From assembly GCA_963713865.1 (NCBI GenBank), contig OY970208.1:256001-320000 (forward strand): a stretch of 64,000 nt of DNA, read 5' to 3'. The notes under the pieces were generated by a model. That model saw nothing but the letters and a program-made list of their open reading frames with translations, did not search any database and was not told where the DNA came from. Origin of the DNA: an uncultured candidate division Zixibacteria bacterium. Its GTDB lineage: Bacteria > Zixibacteria > MSB-5A5 > RBG-16-43-9. Positions 39,920 through 53,701 of this stretch are shown here, piece by piece. How positions within the stretch are numbered: position 1 is the first letter of the stretch; each line of letters opens with the position of its first letter. The position numbers and the translations under genes were made by a program.

Positions 39920-41237
39920 CTAAATTTTCCATATCCTTTTATTCAAAATCCTAACCAGTTCATCAATCTTCACCCTTATCTGTTCCATCGAATCTCTTTC
40001 CCTCAAGGTCACGGTCTCGTCCTGCAAAGTCTGAGAGTCAACGGTTATGCCAAAAGGTGTTCCTGCCTCATCCTGCCTTCTATATCTTCTGCCAATGGCA
40101 CCGCCTTCGTCATAAAAAACTTTAAAATGAGGCCTCAATATATCCTCGATCTTCTTTGCCACCTCTGGCATATTATCTCTTTTAACCAAAGGATAAATCC
40201 CGGCTTTGATTGGAGCAATTTTAGGGTCTAATCTCAGGACCGTTCTCTCCTCACCTTTGACCACCTCTTCATAGTAACCATCCACCAAACAGACCAGCAT
40301 AGTGCGGTCTACCCCGGCTGAGGTTTCGATGATATAAGGGATAAATCTTTCTTTGGTCTGGTCATTGTAATAGGAAAGGTCTTTACCAGTTACCTGGGTA
40401 TGTTCTGGAAAGGTCATAATCAGTGCGGTTATGAATCCCCTCTATCTCTTTCCAGTCAAAGGGGAAATTATATTCTATGTCATAAGCGGTCTTAGCATAG
40501 AAAGCTAATTCTTTTTTATCATGCTGATGAAACCTTAAATTCTCTTTTTTTATACCCAGGTTTAGATACCATTTCATCCTCTCCTCTTTCCAGTATTCGA
40601 TCCATTTCTCATCTTCATCTGGATGGATGAAAAACTGCATTTCCATCTGCTCGAATTCACGCGAGCGGAAGATGAAATTTCCCGGAGAGATCTCATTCCT
40701 GAAAGCCTTCCCTATCTGGGCGATTCCAAAAGGGAGTTTTTGCCTGGAAGGGGCTAAGACGTTTAAAAAATTAACATAGATACCCTGAGCAGTTTCCGGG
40801 CGAAGATAGACTCCAGAAGCTTCATCCTCTACCGGTCCCATGTGTGTTTTGAACATCAGGTTGAACTGCCGTGCTTCAGTCAGCTCTCCTCCACAGTTAG
40901 GACATTTATTGCCAGATACCTCATCTGCCCTGAACCTCATCTTGCAGTTTTTGCAGTCAACCATCGGGTCTGCAAAAGACTCCACGTGACCTGAGGTTAT
41001 CCAGACCGAAGGATGCATTAAAATCGAGGCATCCAGCCCTTCGATATCATCCCGGAACTGGGTCATACTTTTCCACCAGTTCTGTTTGATATTATTTTTA
41101 AGCTCAACCCCTAAAGGGCCATAATCCCAGCAGCTATTAATCCCACCATAGATTTCACTGGACTGAAAGATGAAACCTTTTCTTTTACACAAAGAGACCA
41201 ATTTATCCATCAAATCTTGATTCTTTTTATTTGACAC
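39920..41237 (-). CDS. glyQS: Glycine--tRNA ligase (homodimeric alpha2 type); apparent +1 frameshift at 40402-40408 splits it into two ORFs
   Basis: [36 protein letters not shown], then [12 protein letters not shown] and [14 protein letters not shown] in the other frame. Confidence 0.95.
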
Positions 41238-41311
41238 CTTGCCTCCTGTCCTATCATCCTGTGGATCCCTTACGGGACAGTTCTATTTCCAAAGTAACAA
41301 TATTAATCTGA

Positions 41312-42067
41312 TTAATCCTCTAATCGTCTTATAAACTCCAGGGTTTTCAAATCCTTGGCCCCGGTATGATAACGAACAAAGCTTTTAACTAAATCTTCGA
41401 TCTCTTTTAAACTTCCCTTATCTACGGGGATTTTATCGATTTTGTTAATGTCCAGGGATAGAAGTTGTTCTGGCAGAAAGATAGGCTTTTCGACCGAGTT
41501 TAAGATAATATTCCTCTTCTCTGGTACAGTGGTGACAAATAACCCCGCCTCTTTCCGGGCTCAGGAAAACCTCTTCTTCTTTTATCTCCTTCCCACACCT
41601 TACGCAGGTATCCAGTCTAGGCTTATACCCTAAATTTGAAAAAAGCTTCAGGGCAAAACCCCAGAAGATTTTCTCTAAATCTGATTCATCCATACTTTCC
41701 ATCCGCGATAAAGTTTTCAGGCTTAAATTGAAAATCCTCTGGTTAGGCTCTTCACCGCTTATCAATTGATCCAAAAGCTCAGTCACAGCTGATGCCCAGG
41801 AAAAACGATTGAGGCTTTTGCCTAAACCCGAAAAATTCTTCAGGGTTTCCCCTGAAGATAGAAGATGAAGTTCACTTTTCTCCCTTTTGTAGAATACTAT
41901 CTCGGATAACGAAAAATATCCCAGGGGAGGGGTTCTGCTTTTTCTTCTTTTTATCCCCTTGGCTAACAGCTTTATCTTCCCGAAATCTCTGGTATAAAGG
42001 GTAAAAATGTTCGAGGAATCACCGTACTTCAAGCTCTTTAAAACTATCCCTTCGGTCTTGACCAGAC

Positions 42068-42071
<4 letters not shown>
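41312..42071 (-). CDS. recO: DNA repair protein RecO; apparent +1 frameshift at 41467-41473 (called ORF stops at 41445)
   Basis: KTEGIVL, TLYTRDFGKI..LAKG, CxxC...CxxC; repaired frame adds QLLSLD...FVRYHTG..DLKTLEFI. Confidence 0.9.
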
Positions 42072-43806
<1,735 letters not shown>

Positions 43807-44179
43807 CTAAATCTAAAGCTTAAAAATACTTTTGCAATAGAAAAATTCAGGGGGGCGTGGAAATTTATTCATATTATTTTTATCAGGTAAGACGATAATG
43901 AATTAACCAAACTCTCCAGGACCCAGGAAAACCCAACCCAAATTAAAATAAATTTGAAGCAGGGGTGGGCGGGGTAGCATCCCCCAACCCCTATCTGTCT
44001 GTAATTTGACCCGCCAGAGGGAATCTACATAGGATTGTTGGCAGAGATTTTACTTGAACGAGTTTCCAACCTCACAGGGTGTCGAAATATTTTCAGGTTG
44101 TAAACTAAAATGGATATGCCATATAGACCTATCCCTTGCTAAGAGGTGCTTCTTCTACCTATCGAATGATAGCTCCTTT

Positions 44180-46433
44180 TCAACACGTTGGTGGTGGTCC
44201 ACCCTTGAACAGATAATTGATCAAATAGACTATATCTGCAACAGTTACATCGCCATCACAATTTGCGTCTCCTGCTTCAATTGAGTTAGGTTCAGGACCT
44301 CCTTTGAAAAGGTAGTTTATTGTGTATACAACATCAGACACAGTTATCTTTTCATCTCCATTGACATCGCCGCGTAAGAAAACATGGAAACTCCAGGTCT
44401 GAGTTGACCAGGTTTCTCCACCCCGCATGTCGTATCCTTTAACCTTCCAGAAATATGAGCCCGTATTAAGAGTATCTGAATGATTACTTACAGGGAGGTT
44501 TCCATGAATGATTGTGGAATCTGGATGAAAGTTCAATGATGGGCTTATATGTAGACTGTATCTAACCGTATCCCCAGCATCGGGGTCAGTGGCATTTGCC
44601 CAATCAAAGGCCAGAGCCGCAGTAACAAAAGCACTATCTTCAGGTAACAGTAGTGAAAATAAACTTGGAGGAGTATTCGGACTACTCTTCAGTTCGTCGG
44701 AGCTTATGATAGAGTAATGCTGAACCGACGCCAGAGTTCCTTTGTGATTCACGGTCAAAACATATTGGCCAGCAGGCGGAGAGGCCACATAGATTTGCTC
44801 CACATTGTCTCTAATATTGTCACCAGTGCTCGCAGCACCACCAGGATTGCCAGGGTTCAGTACATAAGGCAGGTAGATAGTGGAAGTGGCTATGTGTTCC
44901 AGCCTGAGATCCAGGTCGTTCACGAGCATAAGAGTGGTGGGATTCAGTGAGGGAGGAGGAGGAGTCCCTGGAGGGTCAGTCCAAGCCAAGGTGATGCGAA
45001 TCGGCTCAGACCCGTAACTATAGAAATAATAATTATTGAATTGTTCATTGCTCAAGCTGTCTTCAGCGATTAGTCCTTGCTCCGCGGAGTTTTGTTGAAT
45101 TAACTTGGCAGCTTTTAAGGTATTCATTAAACCCCAGCCAAACATGTAGTCCGGACCTGTATTAGGACCTGCCTCATCGGCTGTATGTATAAGGAGCGCT
45201 TTCATAGTTGATGACCGGGGTGTCGTATCTGCATGGGATGCTTCATAGTAACGTACCAGAAGATTAAGGGAACCAGATAAATTGGGCGTGCTCGCCGAAG
45301 TTCCAATATAATCTGAATACGAACTATTACTGGAACTGGCACAAGAATAAAGATAAATACCGTTAGTAACTAAATCGGGCTTGATCCTGCCATCATCCGT
45401 AGGTCCCCAACTACTAAAAGAGCTCATCACTACACCTCTAGGTTCAGTGTAACCATCTGGGATGTCAGATACCGCACCAACGGTGATTGTATTCTTTGAG
45501 TTACCTCTATGCGAAAGACAATCGTATCCGTCTGTTCCTCCATCCGGATCACGAGTATCAGTGCTCCACACCCAGCTCCCACTATAGGGATCCCACACAT
45601 AATGCCCCCCATCTGGTCCAGGTCCAGATTGACTTCGGTCATTACCAGCTGCTATGACAATAGTGTAATAAGGGGCATTATAGGCAATTTGGTCCCATTC
45701 TTGGGCAGCAGAGCTATAAAAGCCAAAGTAATAATCCTCAGTAGTGCTGATGGTAATGTTTCCCCACCAATACCAATTTTCACTAGAATGATGCCATCCT
45801 GTGGCAATACCGTAGGAATGATTCGAGACGTTCATCCCTGAAACAGCCGCTGAAGCCATTTCTGACTCGTCGTAATTCCAATCATAAGCTGCTAGTCTGC
45901 CCTGAAAAGACATTCCTTTTGCTGCACCATCTACTCCTGCAGCCACCATAGTCCCGGCAACGTGTGTCGCATGTCCACTCGTACCGCTTGAGCTATCCAT
46001 CTGAGTCACCCGGCCACCAAACTCCTGGTGAGTTGTGAGCACACCACCACCATCCCATATTCCAAGCTCTCCCAATAAAGTTGCTGAGCCACTAAGAGAC
46101 AATCCACCACTCCCTCCAAGCCAGAACATCGTCCGTACTGATAGTTTTCGCTGCATTTAGGTTGTCCACTGCATAGTACACTGGATAACCTCTGTCGTCT
46201 ATATACATGAGCTGAATATTCGGATCCATGTTCAGCTGCTTCTGAGGTACTGCATCGCTTTTGAGCAAATCGTAGTACAGCTTGGAACGGCGAGCATCTA
46301 ATTGTTCTCGAAAAACTTGACTTAATTCCTTAAGTTTGGCTACTTGCGTAACTTGTTGCCTATCTGTGAATGCACTTGCCGTTAAACAAAAAACTAAGTA
46401 CAGGACAACGAAAATGATAAATTTTTTTGACAC
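44180..46433 (-). CDS. Secreted S8 serine protease with C-terminal dockerin; apparent +1 frameshift at 46121-46127 separates signal/propeptide (46092..46433) from the rest (44180..46156)
   Basis: WDGG, GHATHVAG, GTSASTP triad; GRIKPD; RGDVNGD...GDANCDG dockerin; repaired junction reads AAKTISTDDVWLGGSGGLSL. Confidence 0.88.
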
Positions 46434-46879
46434 ATTGTTCTCTCTCTGAAAGTTATTACTGTTTAAGTACGATATCCATCACTCTAATTAAAAATAACCC
46501 AAAACCAAAAAAAGTCAATCAAAATCAACTCGTTAGGGCATATCCTCCTTTCTTGTCTTTCTCTAATTGGATATGTCCTTTCTACTTACCTAAATCAACT
46601 AAAATTTACACAAAAGAATTTATATAATAACTAAAGGGTGAAAGAACACTTTAGCTAATTTTTTTAGAGCTTGGAAGCTCAAAGCTGTCAAAAATGAGTT
46701 CCAGAATCTACTAAAGCTTGAGATTTGAAGACTTATGGGAATTAAAAACCTGGAGGTAGTTGACGAGTTTAGCACTTTCCTTATTCAAAATTCCAAGTTT
46801 TCTTCGCAACCCATCTAAACCCGACCTGAATTTAAACAAAAGTTCGCACTTGGAAGCTAAGCCATTCTAAAACAGGAGA

Positions 46880-47728
46880 CTAATTCCCACCAATTTTTCG
46901 CAAGAGAAAAAATAAAATAACCCCGGAAATCGAGGATAGAAAATTGACCCAGTCGTTATTCAGCCAGGAAATCCCGGAGACTCTTTTTGTTTCCAATCCA
47001 CAATGAGCCTTTTTTTCCGTTATCTTATGACAAACCGGACATAGATATTGAGCCTGAAGATATGCACCCAGAAGACTATCGATAAGAGAGCCTGAAAAGC
47101 CAGCTAAAATTATTATTAAGAAAGCATTCAATCTTAAAGGAAAAGGAGAGACTCCTGGAATAAATCCGCTCAAAACCAGGAAGAAAGAGCCACAAAAAGA
47201 GCTTATAGTGCCTAAAAGACTTATTCCACCAGAACTCCCCGGAGAGACTCTCTTAAAACTTTTTAGAGATAAAGGTGCAGAAGGAGATAGAATCCCTATT
47301 TCTGTCCCCCAGGTATCAGCAGTTACTGCGGCTAAAGAAGACAGATAGGCAGAGTAAATGGAGGAAGATGGAAATAAGAGATAAATAAAACAAAGAATCC
47401 CGGCTAAACTGCCATTAGCTAACACCTGATTTTTATCCCTGGCTCCAGTTTTCTCAAAAATTGTTTTGTATTCTGTTTTCTTCCCCTGTTTATATTTTGA
47501 AAGTAAACTGGATGAAAAAAAGAAAAAAAGTAAAGGCAAGGCAAAAGTGACCCCTCCTGTTCCAAAGATGATACTGCCTAAAAGAAAAGCAGATAAAGCC
47601 CCGTCCAGGGTTAGAAGTTTAAATCTGTAAGCTAAAATAGAGACCAGATCGCTTAAAGCTGTGCCTGAGATTAGCTGGAGTAAAAGTCTCAAGATCATAA
47701 AAGCTGAAATCTTTTCCTGAAAAACCAC
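46880..47728 (-). CDS. DUF92 family membrane protein
   Basis: R...QVLANG, ADTWGTEIG, PGSSGGISLLG, DSLLGA.LQ, NDWVNF. Confidence 0.9.
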   Translation of the reverse strand: MVFQEKISAFMILRLLLQLISGTALSDLVSILAYRFKLLTLDGALSAFLLGSIIFGTGGVTFALPLLFFFFSSSLLSKYKQGKKTEYKTIFEKTGARDKNQVLANGSLAGILCFIYLLFPSSSIYSAYLSSLAAVTADTWGTEIGILSPSAPLSLKSFKRVSPGSSGGISLLGTISSFCGSFFLVLSGFIPGVSPFPLRLNAFLIIILAGFSGSLIDSLLGAYLQAQYLCPVCHKITEKKAHCGLETKRVSGISWLNNDWVNFLSSISGVILFFLLRKIGGN

Positions 47729-49851
47729 TCTAAGGACAAAAAGAATATAAAAAAGAATAAAAGTAGCGGTTTATCCCAGAGGGTTATCTCTCTTATCTTA
47801 AGCCTGGGCTTTTTCTCCAGATCCAGCCTTTTTAGAAGCGATGCAAAATCTTCAGGCTCAGAATAATCTCCTCCGGAAAGCAGGGCAATCTCTTTAAGAA
47901 GCTCTTTGTCTGGCTTTAAATCCTCATCCTCTAAACTTACATCCTCGATCTCAAATTTACCTGAATAACTTCCCAGAATAAACTCCTCCTTTCTGGCTTC
48001 TCCTTTGAAGAGATATTCTCCTGGAGGCAAAAAAGAAAGAGTATAGTAATAATCGCCATCTTCAGGCATAAGGTTGAAAAGCAGTGAATCGGCTTCTTTC
48101 CCTTTTGGATAAACCTTTATTTTTATCTCTGCCCCTTTGATCTTTTGATAACTTTCATCGAAAACTCGGGAATTAAATTTTATCTCCTCACCTCTTTTAT
48201 AGACTGCTTTGTCCGTATAGATTTTAAACCTCTCCAGATCTTCTCGGGATAGAAGCCATCTGAAGGAGTTCTCCCAGAATTTTTTATAGGCTGAATTATC
48301 TTCCTTAACCCCCCAGAGCAAAAAATCCCATTTCCATAAAGGGGATAAGCCCAGGACCTCTATTTTTCCCTTTTCCAATTCCCTGATTATTATTGCGGGC
48401 AAACTCTCCTCCCCTGTTTTAACCAGTGTCAGTACCTTAGCTCCGTTTTTTTCTTTGAGGGGTATAATCATCTCAAAAGGAGGAAGATTTGTCCAGAGAA
48501 AAAGATTTTCCTCTAACTCTTCTGAAAGCTGGGTTAAGGGATGAAATTCCCCCTCCGGTGAAAGGCTCAAGATGAAATTCTGAAACAGAGGTTTCTTTTC
48601 TTTTATTATCTCAAAGGGAAGGAAATCAAAACCACTTAATATCTCTTTCCTTTTGTAGAACTCTTCACCCACTAAGAGCAAAAACGAAATTCCTTTTTTC
48701 TGCAAAAGGTTTTTAATTTCTTTTTGATTTTGTATTAAAAATTGAGGGGAATCCAGAACGATTAAAAGGTCAAAATCTTCAATCTTTTTACTCTGGGAAA
48801 GTTCTGGCAAAAGAGGTTTTCCGGATTTTGAGAAGACCAGAGTCTCAAAAGTTATGTCTTTGTTTAGATTTAATAACCTTTTGAGGAAGCTGAATTCCCA
48901 GTTCAAGCTCTGGCTTACTAAAAGAAGATTGAACCTTTTCTTGAGAACTTTCTGGGTGAAGCTTTTAAGGTTATTCTGCTGAAAACTTTCCCCTTCTACT
49001 TTAGGGATTACCACCTGGTATCTATGTATCCCCTCCTCTTCTGGTTCAAATACCAGTTCAGTTTCCTGGAGCTCGCCTGAGATATTAAATGACAATTCTT
49101 TGCGAGCTAAAACTTTTTTATTCTCCTGCAGAAGAACAGGAATTTTAACCCCTTTATATCCCTGATTTTTTATAGTAACTTTAATGGTATCATTCTCTCC
49201 AGAATAGGTGATCTCATCATATTTAACTTTTTCTAAGCTCAAATCCTTAAAAGGCACAAACTCACCTATGCCTACCGTATAGACAGGCATAGTATAATTT
49301 CGAGCAACAGCTATAGGGTCTTTCCCGGAATTATTAGTTCCATCGCTGAAAAGAATTACCGTGGAAAACTCTTTGCCCCTTGAATTCTCTTTGAGCTTTT
49401 CCAAATTATTTCCGATTGAAGTGGCTTCACCTGAAAAAACAGGTAGCTTCCCGGAAAGATTATAGGGAACTATACTATCAGAAAAAAGGTAAGAGGAAAT
49501 TTCCGCTTTTGATAAGACCTCTTTAAAACTTTTCTCCGCTAAAAGATTTTGCAGGACCTCTTTTCTGGTAATAGCCTTATCTTTTATATTCATACTCCTG
49601 GATGAATCCAAGAGTAAAGCAATCTTGGGCTTCTCCCAGGATTTTTTTGCTACCCCCAGTAAAGCTTCACCTAAAGCTAAAAAAAGGCTTATAAGAGCCA
49701 GCCACCTTAAAACTAAAAGCAAAACTTTCCTCCTGGCTTTAAGAGGTGGTAATGTAAAACGATAGGAAAGAAAAGCTAGGACCAAGGCAACTGCAAAGAT
49801 GAAGATAAGCAGAATTATATTGGGGGTTTGAAAATCTATCCACAGTTTCAA
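47695..49851 (-). CDS. Membrane-anchored VWA-domain protein with Ig-like and GATase-like domains
   Basis: N-terminal TMs, DSSRS MIDAS motif, FSDG..N, LWKW, C-terminal LSLEWFFRK. Confidence 0.75.
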   Translation of the reverse strand: MKLWIDFQTPNIILLIFIFAVALVLAFLSYRFTLPPLKARRKVLLLVLRWLALISLFLALGEALLGVAKKSWEKPKIALLLDSSRSMNIKDKAITRKEVLQNLLAEKSFKEVLSKAEISSYLFSDSIVPYNLSGKLPVFSGEATSIGNNLEKLKENSRGKEFSTVILFSDGTNNSGKDPIAVARNYTMPVYTVGIGEFVPFKDLSLEKVKYDEITYSGENDTIKVTIKNQGYKGVKIPVLLQENKKVLARKELSFNISGELQETELVFEPEEEGIHRYQVVIPKVEGESFQQNNLKSFTQKVLKKRFNLLLVSQSLNWEFSFLKRLLNLNKDITFETLVFSKSGKPLLPELSQSKKIEDFDLLIVLDSPQFLIQNQKEIKNLLQKKGISFLLLVGEEFYKRKEILSGFDFLPFEIIKEKKPLFQNFILSLSPEGEFHPLTQLSEELEENLFLWTNLPPFEMIIPLKEKNGAKVLTLVKTGEESLPAIIIRELEKGKIEVLGLSPLWKWDFLLWGVKEDNSAYKKFWENSFRWLLSREDLERFKIYTDKAVYKRGEEIKFNSRVFDESYQKIKGAEIKIKVYPKGKEADSLLFNLMPEDGDYYYTLSFLPPGEYLFKGEARKEEFILGSYSGKFEIEDVSLEDEDLKPDKELLKEIALLSGGDYSEPEDFASLLKRLDLEKKPRLKIREITLWDKPLLLFFFIFFLSLEWFFRKRFQLL

Positions 49852-49951
49852 GGAAACCCTTCTTTCTGATCCTCTATACCTTTCTTTTGGATAAAAAAAC
49901 CACTGCCGAAAACATCTACAGTGGCCGGTTGCAGATCCCTATTACAGAAAT

Positions 49952-50926
49952 CTATTTCTCACGGGTCAAGATGAAATCAACTAATTTCTCCAACGCTTCT
50001 TTATATTCGGTTGGATTTAATTCGGAGATTAATTCTAAAGCTTCATTGCCAAAATCCTGGGCTCTTTTTAAGCTGTATTCCACACCGCCTTCTTTTTGGA
50101 CAAAGGAGCAGATCTGAGAGAAATGTTCTGGCTTATATCCTTCTTCTAAGATTTTCATTATTTTATCACGGGTTCCATCCTCTGAGTTAGCCAGGGTATA
50201 GATCAGGGGTAAGGTGATCTTACCTTCTTGTAGGTCATTCCCCAATTCTTTTCCGGTTTTCTCCTTATCACCTACTAAATCTAAAAGGTCATCGATTATC
50301 TGAAAAGACATGCCAAAACCCTCACCAAACCTCTGGTAGATATACTGAGTTTTTTCATCCAAACCCCTGGCAATCGCTCCAGACCCGCAGGCAACGGAGA
50401 AAAGAGAAGCAGTCTTATCTGTTATAATCTTAAGATATACTCTCTCCGTCAAATTGTAATTTCCTCGCTCCTGAATCTGCAGAAGCTCCCCCAGGCTAAT
50501 ACTCTCAGTAGCTTTAGAAACAGCTTTAAGGAGTGGAGTAAGTCCGGTTTGAACCAAGATCTTAAATGACTTTGCTAATAGATAATCACCCATCAGGACT
50601 GAGACTAAATTACTCCAGCGATAATTCACTGAGGCTTTTCCCCTGCGGGTAGTAGATTGATCGATAACATCATCATGCAGTAAGGTTGCAGTATGAATCA
50701 ACTCTATGGCTACGGCTGCATCTAAAGCATTATCTTTATTAGAACTATTAGTCTCGCCAAAGCTCAGAAGAACCAAAGCTGGCCTGAGTCTTTTCCCTTT
50801 TCGCTCCAGAAGATACTGAGCCACCTGAAAAATCAAAGGTGAATCTGAAGAAAGATATTCTTCTAACTTTTGTTCCACCTTATCTAAATCAGCTTTTATC
50901 AGCGAAAGGATCGAATCCAGACTCAT
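49952..50926 (-). CDS. Polyprenyl diphosphate synthase (IspB-like)
   Basis: GKRLRP, LHDDVID...RRG, KTASL, FQIIDDLLD. Confidence 0.93.
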   Translation of the reverse strand: MSLDSILSLIKADLDKVEQKLEEYLSSDSPLIFQVAQYLLERKGKRLRPALVLLSFGETNSSNKDNALDAAVAIELIHTATLLHDDVIDQSTTRRGKASVNYRWSNLVSVLMGDYLLAKSFKILVQTGLTPLLKAVSKATESISLGELLQIQERGNYNLTERVYLKIITDKTASLFSVACGSGAIARGLDEKTQYIYQRFGEGFGMSFQIIDDLLDLVGDKEKTGKELGNDLQEGKITLPLIYTLANSEDGTRDKIMKILEEGYKPEHFSQICSFVQKEGGVEYSLKRAQDFGNEALELISELNPTEYKEALEKLVDFILTREK

Positions 50927-51102
50927 TGCTAAATTTATGATTATCCCATCAAGTCCTAAACCGGATGGCAGAAGGAGATCTTAAAATTTTTGACACAACT
51001 GAAATTTTCCGAAAAACTCCTTCCAATTTTGAATAAAATACCATCTCCTTTTCAGATTGTCAAACGAAAATTATAGCTGATTTTTAATTTTTGTATGCTT
51101 TT

Positions 51103-51211
51103 GGAGTGTGCACCTTTAGGTTTACCAGTTTTTCGTAGGGTAACTCTCAAGATCCATTCTGGACCTTCAGGGTTGCTTCTTTTTTTCGCAAGGCTAAAGC
51201 CTTGCCCTACG
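51103..51211. repeat. REP-like cluster: GGAG hairpin (51103-51125) and GTAGGG...GCAAGGC-taaa-GCCTTGCCCTAC doublet (51134-51211)
   Basis: CGTAGGG/CCCTACG terminal inverted repeat with internal hairpins. Confidence 0.7.
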
Positions 51212-51235
51212 ATTAATACTCTATCAACTTTTGAA

Positions 51236-51721
51236 TTATCTTTTAACCCCAAATTTATTCTTCAACTTTTTTACTACAATCTCCGGTACGAAACGACTTA
51301 TCTCGCCTTTGTTACGAGCGATCTCTTTGATCAAAGTTGAGCTTAAATAGGTATATTTCTCGCTGGGCATTAGAAATACCGTCTCGGTCTCAGGGGCTAA
51401 TTTACGGTTCATCAAAGCCATCTGAAACTCATATTCGAAATCCGAAATCGCTCTCAAACCTCGAATTATTACCACCGCTTTACTCTTAGAGACAAAATCC
51501 GCTAAAAGTCCAGAAAAAAGCTGAGCCTTCACACCTTTTATACCCTTAATACTTTCCTGCACCATCTTCAATCTATCCTGAGCTGAGAAAAGCGTTGCTT
51601 TATTAGGTTTAGAGGTAACTGCAACTATCAATTCATCAAATAAATTCGTAGCCCTCTGGATTAAATCTAAGTGTCCATTGGTAATTGGATCAAAAGTCCC
51701 GGCATAGATCGCCTTTTTCAT
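51236..51721 (-). CDS. coaD: Pantetheine-phosphate adenylyltransferase
   Basis: GTFDPITNGH, RGLRAISDFEYE, LSSTLIKE. Confidence 0.97.
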   Translation of the reverse strand: MKKAIYAGTFDPITNGHLDLIQRATNLFDELIVAVTSKPNKATLFSAQDRLKMVQESIKGIKGVKAQLFSGLLADFVSKSKAVVIIRGLRAISDFEYEFQMALMNRKLAPETETVFLMPSEKYTYLSSTLIKEIARNKGEISRFVPEIVVKKLKNKFGVKR

Positions 51722-52314
51722 AAAAGCTCCTTTTTACCATTAATAGGTTTTTTCTTAAAAAAGGAAATCAGGGTATCCCCATATTTTCTCTTTTGAAGTA
51801 ACAAGAAATCTTTTTTTTCTTCTATCTTTTCTTTTTTATGATGCTCCATCACCAGAATCCCGTCTGCATTTAAAAAACTCTTCTCCGCTAAAATCCCTAA
51901 TAATTTCTGGCAGAGTCCTTTTCCATAAGGAGGGTCAGCTAAGATAAGATCGAATCCGCCAGAGGTGATTTCATTTTCGCTTCTGAGAAATCTGAGAATG
52001 TCTTTTTTAACCATCTTACCTTTATTTTCAAATCCAAGCTTTTTCAGGTTTTTTCGGGTAAGGTTTAAACTGGCAGAAGAATTATCCACAAAAACAACTT
52101 CTTCTGCTCCTCTGGACAAAGCCTCAAGCCCCAAAGCACCGCTTCCTGCAAAAAGGTCCAAAACTTTCTTCCCTTCCAGCAGTTGCCCGAATTCTAATCC
52201 ATAGGACAGGATATTAAAAATCGCTCCTTTGACCTTATCTGAGGTAGGTCTGATCTCTCTTCTCTTTAAAGAGAAGAGCTTTTCCCCTTTTTTCTCACCA
52301 GAGATAACTCGCAA
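51718..52314 (-). CDS. rsmD: 16S rRNA m2G966 methyltransferase
   Basis: MRVISG, RPTSDKVK, LDLFAGSG.LGLEALSRGA, DPPY. Confidence 0.95.
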   Translation of the reverse strand: MRVISGEKKGEKLFSLKRREIRPTSDKVKGAIFNILSYGLEFGQLLEGKKVLDLFAGSGALGLEALSRGAEEVVFVDNSSASLNLTRKNLKKLGFENKGKMVKKDILRFLRSENEITSGGFDLILADPPYGKGLCQKLLGILAEKSFLNADGILVMEHHKKEKIEEKKDFLLLQKRKYGDTLISFFKKKPINGKKELL

Positions 52315-52330
52315 GTTTTATCCTCTTAGA

Positions 52331-52741
52331 TTATTCTACAGTGATAAGGTTCTTGAACTTCTCAAGGGTTTTAGGTCCGATTCCTTTTACATTTACAATC
52401 TCATCTATTGTAGAAAAATTACCCTTATTCTCCCGAAACTCTAAAATCCTCTTACCTAATTCTGGACCGATTCCAGGTAGAGATTCGAGCTCTTTTAGCG
52501 TCGCGGTATTGAGGTTAACCTTCCTACCCGGGATTTTCAAATCTATATTATCAGAAATAGCAGAACTTTTTACCGGCTCAAAAATTTTCTTTTGTTCTGG
52601 AAAATTGTTCTCTATCAATAGCTCCGGGGCAAAATCAGGATGATACTTTTTATAGATAGTTACACTGCTTCCTATTAAAAGTACCGCTATAAGAAAGATT
52701 ATGGTTTTTGATTCCTGTGGGGTAAAGCTAAAAAAATCCAT
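52331..52741 (-). CDS. comEA: ComEA-family helix-hairpin-helix DNA-binding protein
   Basis: N-terminal TM, VNLNTAT..EL..LPGIG, VKGIGPK. Confidence 0.85.
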   Translation of the reverse strand: MDFFSFTPQESKTIIFLIAVLLIGSSVTIYKKYHPDFAPELLIENNFPEQKKIFEPVKSSAISDNIDLKIPGRKVNLNTATLKELESLPGIGPELGKRILEFRENKGNFSTIDEIVNVKGIGPKTLEKFKNLITVE

Positions 52742-52747
52742 TTTATT

Positions 52748-53657
52748 TTAATCGTAAAGAACCTTGAGTAAAACTTTTCCCACCTTCTCCAGACTTTCCG
52801 GACTGCACTTGTCCGGGGTGTCCTGCAGGGTATGCCAGTAAGGATAATCGAAGTCGATTAAGTCTATACAGGGTATCCCGGCCTGGATCAAAAAAAGATG
52901 GTCATCTATTACATAGTGTTTCACTTCCGGTCTGAAATTTGAGAGCGAGAGCTTCACTGCTTTTTCCCAAACCAGCCCAACAATATCTTTGGCATATCTA
53001 TTGGAATAACCCTCTTTATAGATCTGTAAGTCTTTATCTCCTATCATATCCAGTAAAATGCCAAACGATGCCTTGTATTCTCCCAAGTTCCGGGAAAAGT
53101 AATTTGAGCCCAGAACACCACCTGTCTGGATGTTCCTCTGAGCCAAAGTCCTCCCCATCGAAAAAGACAATATCCACACCATACTTGGGCTTTTTCTTAG
53201 AAATTATAGTAGCTAATTCCATAAGAACTGCTACTCCGGAAGCTCCGTCATTTGCTCCCAGGATCGGGGTTGAATTATTTACAGAATCAGGATCTTTATC
53301 TGCCCACGGTCTGGTATCCCAATGAGCACATAAAAGGACTCTTTCTTTTTCATCAGGATAAAAAGAGACGATTATATTGCTCAACTCCAATCTTAAATTC
53401 TCAGTAGTATCCTCCCATATAAAATCCTGCGATTTAACTAAGTTAATATATGCGGAAAAGAAGTCAAGCAGATACTTTTTCAAAGCTTGATGCCCGTAAG
53501 AGCCTGGATCTCTGGGACCAAACTGGCATTGTACTTTAAGATATTGATACGCCCTTTCTCCTTTAAATTCAAAATGAGGATTAGAAGAACAGTTAAACCC
53601 GACTAAAAGGCAGAAAAGGAAAAAACCTAAGCTTAATCTATATCTTTTAATGTTCAT
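52748..53657 (-). CDS. M28 family peptidase/glutaminyl cyclase-like lipoprotein; apparent +1 frameshift at 53110-53116
   Basis: AHWDTRP, GANDGASG, FDGED in one frame; LLDMIG, DDH, YWHT..DT in the other; repaired junction reads RWCLGSNYFS. Confidence 0.88.
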
Positions 53658-53701
53658 TTCTCCTTTTCATACTCTGATAAATCGTTTTATCCCGAATCGA
53701 T